NCBI GenBank assembly: GCA_030141605.1
Contig: JAQGDQ010000015.1
Span: forward strand, 124,001-188,000
Origin: Tubiluchus corallicola
Lineage: Eukaryota; Animalia; Priapulida
Length of the DNA: 64,000 nucleotides
Reading direction: 5' to 3'
The notes beneath the pieces are model-generated. The model searched no databases, was not told the origin of the DNA, and saw only the letters and a program-made list of their open reading frames with translations. Made by a program: the position numbers and the translations under genes. Positions 13,773 to 26,607 of this stretch are shown here, piece after piece; position 1 is the first letter of the stretch, and each line of letters begins with the position of its first letter.

Positions 13773-16050
13773 GAATCCAACGCATGAGACACATTGAACG
13801 ACAACGATCATATACAATAGACATAGTTACAAATTATAATCCAACAGTACATACATACATAATAAACGATAACGAACGTATTTTAATACTTAGTAACAAA
13901 AATTTACACACTTTATACACAATGAAAAACAGGGAGTATAATTATAATAAACATAATTACCAATTCTAATGTAAATTCACATAATCATAAATAAAAACAA
14001 AACAGCATATAGAAAACACGTCGAGAGTTGTAAAATTTCATCACCAACAGACTGTTTATATACGGGCGAAGGACGATAGGAATTCATCCGAGATAAGATT
14101 TGCAAAAGCATTTATAGCATTATTATCCCGGCTAGAGAAAACATAGTCCGAATCTAACGTAGGCAGAGTGCTAATAAAATCATTTCTTTTGGCTTGGTTT
14201 ACTAATGTACATTCAAATAAATGATGTAATCATATATTATATAGCAATGTAATATTAGTTAATTTTGCGCTATTTTTTCTGGTTATAATCATGGTTTATC
14301 TTTGGAATTTATGTAACTCGGGCAGTCGATATAAGGGTTGTCTATGGAATGGAACAATCAAATTTATTCCATTTCAGTAGCCCAACAATCAGAAAAATAC
14401 GAAAACTGGATTAAATTTTGCAGACGAGCACATGATCAGTTAAACACAGAAAAAATATATTGCAAGCATGATATGTACGTATGTTCATAGGCAAGTGGGA
14501 CTTAATTGAAAGGTCATTTTTCGGTTACTTGTTTTAATTTCTGCTGTGTAAAAATAACTGTTACTCTGTGTGTATGAAAAAGCACAATCAGTTTATCTGC
14601 GGATTAGACATTAGTTGTCATGTTGTTTACTAAAGACAGTTGTTATCCAGCGTAAACTGCTGTTCCGAATGCCGCGCTTCCGTCCCAGCTGAGGCAGAGC
14701 GACAGACCAATGTGCTTGACGACAATTTAGGTCAGGACTGTGGAAGGATGGCTGAGCCCCGGGGACAATGATGTCGCCGGGCTCCGCTTCATGAAAAATT
14801 GCTAGTGTTTTCCAAGATCTTAGAGCAGCATAATTGCACACCTCAAGCACTAAGAAGAAACAAATATAGCACGTACTAGAAATAATCATCAAAATATAAG
14901 AAAATAAGAAAATATCGTTACCAACATGACATCAGGTCTAATCCGAGTGATATCTATGAACTTTCGTACCAGAAAATAATTTAATAACTGGAGTACGCGG
15001 AATTCCAATCTACGTAATACAAGAAGCGCCCCCATTGTTAGTGTACCTAAACATGCATGTGAATGGTATAAAACATTTTAAACACAAAAATTTAATACTT
15101 TAAATTCATAAACAAATACACATGTAATGCAAATTATGCATTGGTGCCTTTGAATCCTGAAATCCGCACAAGATCCTTTCGTTCTCTTCGGGCGCACGGG
15201 TCTTTTTCACTCTGTCAGACCCACCCCTATTCATAACGAGTAATCATTTGCGTAATGCCAGCATTTTTGTTACAATTACACAGTGGCCAAATGTCGTGTC
15301 CTAAAAGATTTTGTCATTAAATCGGAGTAATTTTTTCATGACCCACATTTGTTATCATTAATTTATTCTTTTTTTTAGAAAAGTCATATCTACGATTTCT
15401 TCTTGGATTGCTTTCTAACAGTGATCGTCATACAAGCGTTAATAGTATTTATATGGAGAGGAACGTGGGAGCTAATGGATCTGTATTTGGCTCCTGATTC
15501 GGACCTCGTCACCAGCTGGGTGTCCTGGGGAATGGGCACTGGTTTAGTGCTCCTGTGTTCTGCTTTGCAACCTCTTTGCGCAGCTTTCTCCAGACATCTA
15601 GAAGGCCGCACGCTAGCAAAGATTATATTCGAGGACGCGTTCTTTGCCATGGCGAACTTCGCCACTATAAATTTATGGCGCGGTGTGTGGTACCTTTGCA
15701 ATTATTACATTCTACCCGAGGAAGACATGTACGCAACGAGTAATGGACTGACTCACGCAGTAGGTGCAAGTCTTTTAATGTTATTTGTGAACCAGAACAG
15801 CATTCTTGTTCGTGGAATTGTGCTGGATGGTGGATTACCCGATGGTTCTGGTTGTTGGTTTCAAATTCAATTTTTGAAGGTGGTTTTGGACGCTATGCCT
15901 TGCAGTAGAGAATCTAGACCTGAAATTTCTTGCGATGGTAAAGAAGTGAAAACATATCGGTCTAAAAAAATTGCAAATACGGTGGCAGTTGATGGCGACT
16001 TAGCAGTAACAGGAACTACTGCTGTAGATGTTATAAATACAGATTTTTAG
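8970..16050 (+). CDS. Fuseless-family multi-pass membrane protein, 2 coding exons (8970..9458, 15379..16050), about 386 aa
   Basis: Both exons carry the repeated hydrophobic unit with WRGTW/WRGVW motifs characteristic of Fuseless. Donor AAG|GTGTGT at 9458/9459 and acceptor TTTTTTTTAG|AAA at 15378/15379 join in phase 0. Confidence 0.8.
10261..10580. repeat. Diverged tandem duplication, unit about 165 bp, in the Fuseless intron
   Basis: GAAATTAGCCCAAG...CTGACGCGGGCATGTAAAAAGATTAAAGTTCAAA at ~10288 recurs as GAATTTAGCACAAG...CTGACGCGGGTAAGTAAAATCATTAAAGTTCAAA at ~10453. Confidence 0.6.
13607..14230 (-). mobile_element. 3' end fragment of a non-LTR retrotransposon (ORF2 C-terminus, 3' UTR, (AAT)n tail)
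   Basis: Minus strand encodes LHHLFECTLVNQ...SRDNNAINAFANLI*, similar to EHIVFNCPLIK...SRNAIDALAEFV at 24849..25145. Both end with CCCT(A/G)CAAATAGAGGGAAT, AATAAA and an AAT-rich tail. Confidence 0.65.
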
Positions 16051-17322
16051 CGACAGCACTATATAAAACCCATATATAGTTACCAGTCGTATATAGTTTT
16101 TTATACATTTATAGTTGTATAGTTTTTTTACCAGCAGTTTTGACTGCCTTTTATACTGCCATCTTACAAAAACAACAACTAAAAGTTCAAGTGCCTCACC
16201 GTTAAGCGACGAAATGGTCAGTAATTGCATAGCCAGGTTTGATTTTGAAAGAAGAGAGATTCTATGTCGATCAAGTGTACAAGTATTTGCTACAAAGTTA
16301 TTTTACAGAATTCTTGTGATTTTTACGTTTAATTTCGTCTTATGAAACAAGCAATTCATAAGTTCGTATTTACATGACTTTGTGCCAAACCTTGGTCTTC
16401 TACAGTGTCCATACTATAGACTTATAGTTTATGTACACGTCTTTGTCCATCTCATTATGATTAATGTGCCATCCACACGTCAATAACAGAGAAGTAACGT
16501 CTGCTAGATGTGGTGGCCATAAGGCTATTGAAAATTGTCACGTTAGATTATATTTACTTTATTATGGCAAATTGAGATTGTTTAAACAGTCGCTGATACA
16601 CGTTAAGCAAACGGAACGAATAAGGTATCGCAACAATACTAGAAGCACGAAAGCTAGAAGCTAGAAGGACAAAATCCACGAAAAAATAACACATTTATTA
16701 TAGATAATAGTTTCGAATATGCCCAAATAGGAATCATTTAGTTATTTTATTGAATGCAAGACAAGATTCACGACTGAATTAATGATAAAAACAGCACACA
16801 GTTGCTCTCTTCATTATGTCGAGGTTTTTTTTTTAATTCAAACAAGTAAAAAACTCGATTTGTCATGTGCATGTAAGAATTAAGCAGTCTTGTCTTATAG
16901 TTTTTTGTTTGTAAATATGCACTATTAGCGCCTCATTGCAAACTTGTATAATAATTCTAAAGCGGCGACAGTATTGGTTTGCCTTTGTTACACCATTAGC
17001 TTTGGCGTTAGCTAATTCATTAAGCATTTGATTAGCCAACTGGTCACTTTTCCCATCTAAATGGAATTTGTACTTGTCCGCATCTTCATTAGTTGCGCGT
17101 TTCTTCCTAACTTATAAACTTACGTACTGTTACGTAAGCTTTTGACAAGTTACAGGACATTTATTTTCACAACTAAACGATTATGTTTTTAAGCCACTTC
17201 AAAGCGCAACGGTAATTTTTCAAGAATTTAATGCGCCATAATGCCATTCTCCTTTTCTGTCTGTTATTGTCGCCGTGCTGTGTATCGCTGCAATCCCCGT
17301 TGTTGTTATTGTCGCTTTCGAC

Positions 17323-17378
17323 CTCTCTCTCTCCGTTTTTCTCTCCCCCGTCTCTCTCTCTCTCTCTTTCTCTTTCTT

Positions 17379-17415
<37 letters not shown>

Positions 17416-17432
17416 CGTGCGCGCTCTCTCTC
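17323..17432. repeat. (CT)n microsatellite
   Basis: Visible interrupted CT run; explains the spurious SLSLSL/RERERE ORFs. Confidence 0.9.
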
Positions 17433-18852
17433 TAAGTGTATTATACGTTTTACTGTTTGGCTACATTTTTTGATCGATTTTCTTTCATTTATTTAATAAA
17501 TTGTAAATATTCGCTGTAGATGCCTTTCTTGATCTTTCAACCTACACATTTTAATCACCAAAATTTCAATTTTTTGCCTTAATTTTGGGCAATCTGGAAT
17601 GTCTTTTGTAAGTTTACAATTTCTGCATAGAATTTCTTTGGTAAACTCTTTTACCTGACTGTTAAAAGCGTTAAAAAATGGCGCATGGGATAATCTTATG
17701 TATATTTCTGAACATAACCGCAGATACATGCAGGATAATGATTAAACTAGCGGTATTCTTCTGCAAGGTTACTGTAAAGTACTCACTGGTCACTACTTCT
17801 TGACAGGCGAGGTTTAAGTGATTATTATGAACAAAAACATTGCAAAAAATTCTATTTTTTCTATTCTAAGTCAAGGCAATTGAAAACTACGTGGTCAATT
17901 AGGAAAACATTGATTGTGCATCGCATACTTGACGAAACGTTAGGATTGTTCGTAAGTGATTACTGTTGTAGTTGGTGCAAAACAGGAGGAGCAGAATTTG
18001 ATAATAAATTTATTTATTTTTATTTTGTTTTGCATGTCGCTTTCTAGTAAAAAGCTTAGGCCTCAATTTGGTGATGCACTAAATATCACACTAAAAGCGT
18101 TCTACAGTTTGTTTTCACATTACTAGTTCGTAGATTCCCGGAAGACCACATACGAAAAAAAGCATCCGTGGAATATTTGGATAACATCTGTGCTATCATG
18201 CTAAACGCATTAATTGCAAAACGTCAAATTTGTTAGTCCTATCTATAGGGAAAAACATGATTTGTTGCTTTATTTCACGAATTTTACATGCTTTACATAA
18301 TTTTCAGTTTTGCGAAACAACTATTATTTGAAAAAAATCGAAAATCAACGGTAAGCAGCCTGTCGAACCCAAACTCTCTTAACTCAATGCATGAATTGCA
18401 AAAATTATTTCACCTCTTGTGCAAGAAATAAATTACAGTACTTTAATAATTAACTGGTAATTAATATCAAAGTTAGCAATCAGTTTTTTATTCGAAAATC
18501 AGATATCCATAATGGTTTTCAAGTCCGATTGAAAACTGAGCCTTATGCTGCGATCTGTTAAAGCAAATATTGCAAGCGCAACGCGTTATCTCACTATAGG
18601 ATTTAAGAAAACTCTTTTTTTACTACAAGATTTCCAATAGTATTCTCTGGTGGAAAAATCTGTACTTATTAAATTTTATCAAAAGTTGATTGAAGAAGGT
18701 CGACTTAGCTGGGACTTGAATTAGGGACTTTCAGGTAATAGACTGTACAGTAGAACCCTTACGTATACCAACTAAAACAAAAAATAGCTTGCACTCATTG
18801 ATGACTTTAGTCGTTTTATTGCACTTGCAAAAGATTTTCCGTTTGGATTAAA

Positions 18853-19504
18853 GGCAGAACTCTATGTGCGTATAATCACAATGCGTGGTGCGTGCCGACC
18901 CTTTCTGAGTGTCCGTGAACGCTATGAACGCTGTGAACGCAGCTCATGGTTTTTGGTTGCTGCTCGTGAAAACTGGAAGTAATAATGTTTGAAAGCCATG
19001 CTTCTGGTCGAAATTTTAACGCGATAATTGCAGCGTGGTATTAGCTTATCGTTGTGCTATTAGACAGGAAGAAAGCACAGGTTTTGGGTGCACAACATTT
19101 TGCTTGGGAGAGAACAGTATAACCACTTAGTGAACAAACTGCAACCAGGTACGTAACACATAGTTTTAGACTTCTTCCAACTCTCAGAAACTCAAATGGA
19201 AGAAACGTTATTCTGCGTATGTCCTGAAGTGACCAAAACTCACCTGACCAGAAAACCAATCAGCGAAAACGGTCACCGGAAGCTCGAAACTTGCTTCATC
19301 TCCTAGGTAACGACGGCTTCCTGTCTGAGTATTGCTACGTGCTGCGTATTCGGACGATAGCGTTACGTTCGAGAGAATACTTACCACACATCACGAATTG
19401 CGCAATACGTACTCATGGAAATTCTTCCACGTGCTTAAATGCAAACTGATGTACGCACACTACGCACTACGGATCATGCATTGCACGCACATGGAATCCT
19501 ACCT
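18853..19504. mobile_element. Non-autonomous DNA transposon (MITE, possibly PIF/Harbinger-like)
   Basis: Imperfect terminal inverted repeats AAGGCAGAACTCTATGTGCGT ... ACGCACATGGAATCCTACCTT with TA-rich flanks. Confidence 0.55.
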
Positions 19505-20336
19505 TAAGTCACTTTAATTAAATTACGAGGAAAGCATAATAATGACCTCAGCTCTTGATACGATCTGGCTGAAACAACGTATACTACTTTAATACATGTA
19601 GTTGCCTGTAATTATTATTTTTACAAAACAAATAGGTTGCCCTTTAAAATAAAAATAAATGATACATGCATCTTTTATACTGAAAACGGACTATGATCTT
19701 GTTTGATTACAACGTGCCCCGAACTAAAAGCTTTAGTAATGTGAAATAATTTTCAGACCCATTATTTGAATACGTATGAAACGGTTATGTTTCTTGCATG
19801 ACTATTGATCAGGAGCAGTAGGTCTGTACATTGATCTCATTTACTTTGTCAATACCCAGTTGGCCTATAAAAAGTAATAAATAGTAAGTTGAAAAATATG
19901 CCATTAAGCTCGTTGTTCATTTTCTGCTTGAAGCCTTGCATAAGCTGAGCTGAGTACATGGCACATGGTGTACTGACAAGTAGGACGCTTTAGCAATAAT
20001 TGCGTTTGTTGTAATAGAAGGAACGTCTAATCGGTTAAACAATTAAGTCAACAAACAGAAAAGATGATAATGCATGTTAAAAGCAATACCGCTTTAATAA
20101 GCCTAGTGGCCGCTATCTTTTTCATTGAAATTGCTGCTCTACTGACATGTCAACGCTGTCAAGATTAGCAAATTTGCAGTCTATCATAATTATAGGTCTT
20201 AAGGCCTAAGTTCACTACAGAATTAGTGAATTAAACAGAAGCATTATTCACGAGGTCTAAATAATAATAATAATATATATAGGCAGTTGTATGTACGTGC
20301 ATAATATACATTTACATATAGGTATATATACAGCAT

Positions 20337-21127
20337 ATGAATCAATCAATAGTCATCCTGTCAGACAGCCAGGCGGCTATTAAAGCTACTGAAAACAATA
20401 CAGTAAAATCTATCTCGGTTTTACGTTGTGTTGAAAACTTGAACATACTTGGAAAAAGAAACCGAGTCTTGGTTACATGGATTCCTGAACACGAAGGAGT
20501 ACATGGTAACGAAGAGGCGGACAAGCTTGCTAAAAAGGGATCTGAGCTCTCTCCGGAGGGACCAGAACCCTATCTGCCCGTCCCTTATGCTAGCTGTGTC
20601 TATGCGATTAAGGGATGGAGTCTAAAACGATGGGAAACGTCGTGGAATAATCGTGAGGACTGCAAGAGAACAAAGGAACATGTGGGCTGGGCCTCGGCCC
20701 GAGTCTGCAATAGGCTCCTGAGTCTCAGTAGAACTCAACTCAACATGGTTATACAGGTCCTAACCGGACACTGTAATCTCCAAAAACATAAAAAAACCAC
20801 TTGTCGAGCACAATCCGCGATTTGCCCGAAATGTGGTCAGGAAGACGAAACACCGGACCATCACGTGGGACGATGCACCGCCTACCAGGGTGCTCGTATC
20901 AAATGTCTGGGAAATAAAAATACAACACTTAGAGCAGTTGTAGAGAACTTAAACCTGAAAAAACTAGCGGCGTATCTGAAGCAAGCTGGAAGGCTTGCCG
21001 AGTACGACCAATAGACGTATAGCAGTGAATAATTGCAATGGGCCTGTCGAAGGCCTCAGCAATGTGTCGGGGGGTGGGATTTTTCCATCCTATACAATCT
21101 CCCCGACACCACTGCCCCCCTAATCTA
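20337..21127 (+). mobile_element. 5'-truncated non-LTR retrotransposon (RNase H-bearing, I-group, LOA/R1-like) with intact 225-aa partial RNase H + CCHC ORF and 13-bp target-site duplication
   Basis: ORF has IVILSDSQAAIKA...VTWIPEHEGVHGNEEADKLAKKG (RNase H) and LTGH...CPKC...ETPDHHVGRC. The 3' UTR ends in TAATCTA. Identical ATATATACAGCAT at 20324..20336 and 21128..21140. Confidence 0.9.
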
Positions 21128-22379
21128 ATATATACAGCATTTGTATTTAACTAAAAATAATAGGGTTAATTAAGATGTGATTTTTAAAGCCCAAACTTTA
21201 AAAATCAGGCAAAAAACCAGACTGTAAAGTAAATTAGTTCGAGGAACTAGTTCCTTCTTCAGGAAATTGGAACTGGACCTACATCCTTTTGTCACAGAGG
21301 AAGTACTAACTAAAACAAGTTAATCTCCGAGTACTGCCAAGAACTAGTTTCCGTTCTGAAAAGCTAGAGGAACTAGAAACTTAAATTAGTTCCTTTTGTC
21401 ACAGGAACTTGGAACTGAATTTGTGCCTGGGACTGAAGAACTTTTATAACCTTGGCAAAAAATTCTACTTCGGCACTTTTTGTGCAGTGACTCTTAAAAT
21501 GTTAGCAATGACAGAATAATTTTCAAATTATAGGTCAATGTACATTGTTACTGTACGACAATGTTTGCAGAATGTTTAGTTACATGTCGACGTTAATTTA
21601 TATAAATTGATTTAAATGTATTACCATCAAAGTTAGAAAAATCGTTAAAATACACTTTATAATTGTAATTTAACACTAATAATCAAATAATCATTTTGCT
21701 GAACGAGCAATCTAAATTTTCAAAAATCAAATATGTCAAAACCAAAAAAAAGTAAAACGAATCAATACGTTAACTTTACATGTATGTGTGAGTAAACTAG
21801 GACATCTCTTGGGCACATTCCTGTTCTGTTTTTATTTCACGTAATACTATAAGTTATTATTGTGCATGCCAATCAATAACGCAAGCTAGTGGCAGTGTTT
21901 TGAACAAACTACCCTTGTCTCTCTTTACTCTTCTTCCGTATTTAGCACGCCCGGTTTAGACACTGTTGGATGTTCTTAGATGCAGTCGGACTGGTGCTGG
22001 AGGACGTCGGATATGACGTTTACACAATTCGACTTCTATCCGCTTTTGTTAATCGACAAAGTCGGAAAAGATCATCCGACAACTTGCTTTTACCCAGGAA
22101 TCAAGTATTGAACAATTTAAACATTAATATATCCCAATTTATACTATTGGAATGTTGCATTTGTTACACTTGCTTGACGAAGACATCCAAATGCCACAAT
22201 TTATTACAATCATCCTTCAGCGAAGGCATAATATAACATAATATAATTTTGCCGTAGTTCCATGCTCTGGTATGTATGTGAACTTGTGGTTATAATTATT
22301 TTACTTATTTAGAAAATAAACAGTATGAAGAAATAAAATATAATTGTTGTGTTTATTGCTAAATGTTGTAACACCGTTC

Positions 22380-22436
22380 TCTCTTTCTCTCTCTCTCCCC
22401 ATTCCTCACTCTGTCTCTCTCTCCCCTCTCTTCACA

Positions 22437-22518
<82 letters not shown>

Positions 22519-22526
22519 TCTCTCTC
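22380..22526. repeat. (CT)n microsatellite
   Basis: Long CT dinucleotide run. Confidence 0.9.
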
Positions 22527-23384
22527 GAGACGAGTGCACTTCAGAACAGTTAAAGTGTGCAAACTGTGGCGAATCGCACTCGGCATGGGACAGAAGTTTT
22601 GCACTTTACGTAAATGAAGACAAACAAGTAAGTAATTCTGCATAAAATTGCAAATTTGCAAGACGTCAACGTAAAAGACTCGATTACTATCTGTCAAATC
22701 AATTTAAACAACATGTCAGATAGACCGAGGTTAGCTTTAGACAATCACGCAAACATTATGTCTTTTGATGTAGTGGCAGTACAGGAAACGAAAATTACTA
22801 AATATTTACAACCCAGATTAAGAAATCACAAAGGTTACTTCAAAGAAGGCGTGCGCAATTACTCTGTAGCGTTGTATGTAAAAGAAAATGTTGCTAGTAA
22901 CATGTTGTACTTATCGGACGCAAGCGATTCAGATTTAGATGTTGTATGGGTTATCTTAAACACGCCTCATAGTAAAATGTTAATGGGATCTGTATATATA
23001 AAGCCAAATTCACCTGAATAAATGAGAAAATTGTTATTAATGTACAGGAAAGGAGCTTTTTTCGCTAGTAAGCACGGTATATATATATATATATATATAT
23101 AGTATTGCGGCTATAGGCGATCTGTAAACGCCCGTAATATTCTGTGGGATAGGATTGATAATGAACATGGCATACAACTTCACAACTTCTTAAATCAAAG
23201 CAATAGTGAGCACGTCAGTATTACGCCAAACGAACCCTCGAGTGTTCGAAATATAAGTGCTCGAAATATAAAGAGGCTTTATCCATGAGAGACTCTAATA
23301 AAACTCCTTCCAACAACATTCAATAATATTCACAACGTAAACAGTGACGGAAACACTAATAACAATCCTACAAACAAAAAGTTT

Positions 23385-24170
23385 TTCTCGTTCTGTCATT
23401 CCAACGTATGAAGCCTCCTAGCAAACAACGAATCCTTTAAGTTGGACGAGTTGCAGTTAGTCATTAACACCAACAATTATGATGTCATTGTTCTGATAGA
23501 AACATGGCTAGATCAGTCCATAGCAAACGATGAATTTCGTCTTTCCGGTTTCCAAGATCCAGTCAGAAAAGATCGGGACAGAAATGGTGGTGGAGTAGCA
23601 TTTTATGCGGCCAATCACATACATTTTAAAACAGAATGTTGCCACAGAATCTGTTTGAATTAATGTGGGTAGAGATCAGTTTAAAGGTTAACACACTCTA
23701 TATGTGCATTTGTTATAGGTCCCTATCCCAGGATGCAGCAGGTGAAGACCGATTTACTGCAGCACTAGATGAATCTTACACTAACCTACTAAACTCTCAA
23801 CCTAAGTCCCCGTATAGCATTGTATTTGTTCGCGACTTTAACGCCACATGTAAAGCCTGGGACCAGGCAGAGCTAAATGAAAATCCAATGGGCTCTAAAT
23901 TAAATCATTTCGTTGTACGAAATCAATTGTTCCAGTTAATTACCGATCCCACTCGAGTAACTCTGTGCTGGATTTGATTATCACAGACTCAAATAGATTA
24001 TTTACTAACTACGGTGTGCTTCCACAAATCTTTACATGCGATCATGACCCCATTTTTGGGAAAATTCGTGTCAAAATTCCAGTACGTCATGCTTTCAAAA
24101 GAAAGGTCTATAATTATAATTTAGCAGATTGGCCAGCATTAAATCAACAAATCTATCAGAAATTTTAATT
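23385..24170 (+). mobile_element. CR1/L2-type APE endonuclease fragment, frameshifted
   Basis: KLDELQLVINTNNYDVIVLIETWLD...RKDRDRNGGGVAFY; ICYRS...FVRDFNA...LFQLITDPTRV; LDLIITD...CDHDPIF, spread over three frames. Confidence 0.8.
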
Positions 24171-24550
24171 ACGAACCCTCATTCAGTTATGCAACTGGTT
24201 CTAGTACAATTGACGTTATATGAGCTACGCAAAGTTTTTCTGCCCAACTTTATCAGCAATATGTAGAGAAAGATACGGAGCTCTTTCCGGGAGCACCCCA
24301 AATGGGCCACTTTGTCATGCGTCATGCTTTCAAAAGAAAGGTCTATAATTATAATTTAGCAGATTGGCCAGCATTAAATCAACAAATCTATCAGAAATTT
24401 TAATTACGAACCCTCATTCAGTTATGCAACTGGTTCTAGTACAATTGACGTTATATGAGCTACGCAAAGTTTTTCTGCCCAACTTTATCAGCAATATGTA
24501 GAGAAAGATACGGAGCTCTTTCCGGGAGCACCCCAAATGGGCCACTTTGT
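24085..24550. repeat. Tandem direct duplication of 231 bp (24085..24315 and 24320..24550)
   Basis: CGTCATGCTTTCAAAAG...GGGCCACTTTGT occurs twice, apparently identical, separated by CATG. Confidence 0.9.
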
Positions 24551-25450
24551 TGTTAAAAGCAAAATTAAATGTAAAGTATGGGAAAATGATAAAGTAATTG
24601 GTCGTGTGTACGATTTTAAGACTAGTGATTGGTACAGATGGTCAGGTGTTCTGGAACGTAAAGTAAGAGAACAATTTCATGAACTAGCTCAATTTACTTA
24701 GGCCAACGATGTTCAAAGTGCTTGGGTACAGCTTCAAAAGCTCATAGCAAATGCTAACGAAGAAGCACTAAATAAGAAAACGATAACAAAATTTAGCAAA
24801 CCTTTCTGGTCCAGTCAATTAGCAAAGTTATATAATAAAGATGAGACTTTGCAGGAAAAATTACCTACAGATGTCCAATTGCGAAAACAAGCAAACGGTC
24901 GGATAGAAATTGATATGTGTAAATGCAATGCAAACAGCCAAACGCCAGAGCATATAGTTTTTAACTGTCCTCTAATAAAAGACGAACTCAGAATGAAACT
25001 TGAAACTGCACTTCCATCTAGGCAGCTTAAGGATATATACAGAATAAGAAGTAGAAATGCTATTGATGCACTTGCAGAATTTGTTAAAAATGCTAAAGAG
25101 GAAAATATAGCCGAAAAAACGTGGAGTTTATTTTTAAAAATATGAAGTCCGGTTACTGCCATTTATTATAATTAGATTGCTTCCCGTCAATGAAAATGTA
25201 AAAGTAAGAGTTATTTACAAAATTAGGTAAATATAAATTTAAATGTAAATCTAGCTATGTTGCTTATAGTTGTTGATGTGTTTTTTTATATAACTATTTT
25301 ACTGTTATCACAGTCATCAGTGATATTAAAAGGGATAATTGTAATTATTTTCAAACTTATTATAAAAGTGTTCATACTTGACCCTGCAAATAGAGGGAAT
25401 TTATGTATATTATGTATGTATTTATGTTAATATATATAATAAAATAAAGT

Positions 25451-25528
<78 letters not shown>

Positions 25529-25540
25529 CTCTCTCTTTCT

Positions 25541-25573
<33 letters not shown>

Positions 25574-26607
25574 TTACGAGGAGTACGTCCCCATACGCTA
25601 TGCTACACATAAATAGTTTAATTTATGCATAACATATTATATTTACTGTAAATAAATTGTTTACGTAATAATGAACAGCTGTAATTCGCCTTATTTACGC
25701 TATTTGATATCACTTTTTACTTTTGTGATAGTATGCAGGGTGTCACGTGAACGTAAGAAGTGTTACTATTGGATGTTAGAAAACGAAAGACTGTCGGCTG
25801 AAAAGTTGAAGGAACTCCTGATTTTCACTTGACGTCATCTTAAAAGTCGATCGACAAGTTCGGATGTTACATTTTCCCGTTCGCACGACGTCCGACAAAA
25901 CCATCCGATTTTGTCGGACGACTTTGTCTGATAGTGTAAACAATTCATCCGACTTCACCCGAGACAATCCGATTTTGTCAGATCGTGTAAATCGGGCATC
26001 ATAAAGCTACTTTTATCATTATTCCCTGTTAGGCGTATAACAAAGAAGTGCAAATGCAGTCCAATTTCCTTTCAGCCTTTCTCTCACATGTATAAAATAG
26101 AAAAATTGCAGAGATATTGTACTACAAACCAAAGTGCAATATGTCACATTATACATATCATGAAACTTAACTATGGCAAAAGAAAGTGACTTGATGTTTC
26201 AGGTCTCTTATCATATCACAAAGTTATCAATCAATAAAGAAATTTCTCCTTCATTAACCCCTGTGTTGCAATTTTACTCGTCGTTGGTAGTCTAGGTAAC
26301 GATTAATTATTGAGCAGGTGTAACATGCAGACAGTATTTCCGGCTCTTCAATTTTCTGCAAAGGTAGAAGCAGACCAACAAACGACATGGTATCTAGGTA
26401 AGTATAGATTTTTTTACTTGTCATTGTCAGCAAATATTTCTCTTGGTGACATGCTTATTTACATTTTGCCTGCTCGTGTGCTGCACAACGTTATGCCAGT
26501 CAAGCCTGATTTATGTTTTCTTATTATTTGTGAGCCATACAGTCAGATTAATTAACACATAGTTAGCAAGTGAACTTACTTTTTACCAAAGTCGTCAAGT
26601 TAAAACA

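Larger units (their letters stand above)
22530..25527 (+). mobile_element. Degenerate LINE (ORF1 zinc knuckle, APE endonuclease, C-terminus, (AAT)n tail) with RT region deleted and a second LINE fragment nested inside
   Basis: ECTSEQLKCANCGESHSAWDRS (ORF1 knuckle); ITICQINLN...FDVVAVQET...LMGSVYIKP (APE). Resumes after ~24551 with KFSKPFWSSQL, jumps to CKC...QTPEHIVFNCP, then 3' UTR and (AAT)n at 25453..25527. Confidence 0.75.

Noticed and set aside
17220-17496. Short ORFs rich in SL/RE/Y (also 22344..22697, 25422..25610, 28940..29206, 38854..39081)
   Set aside because: Translations of microsatellites.
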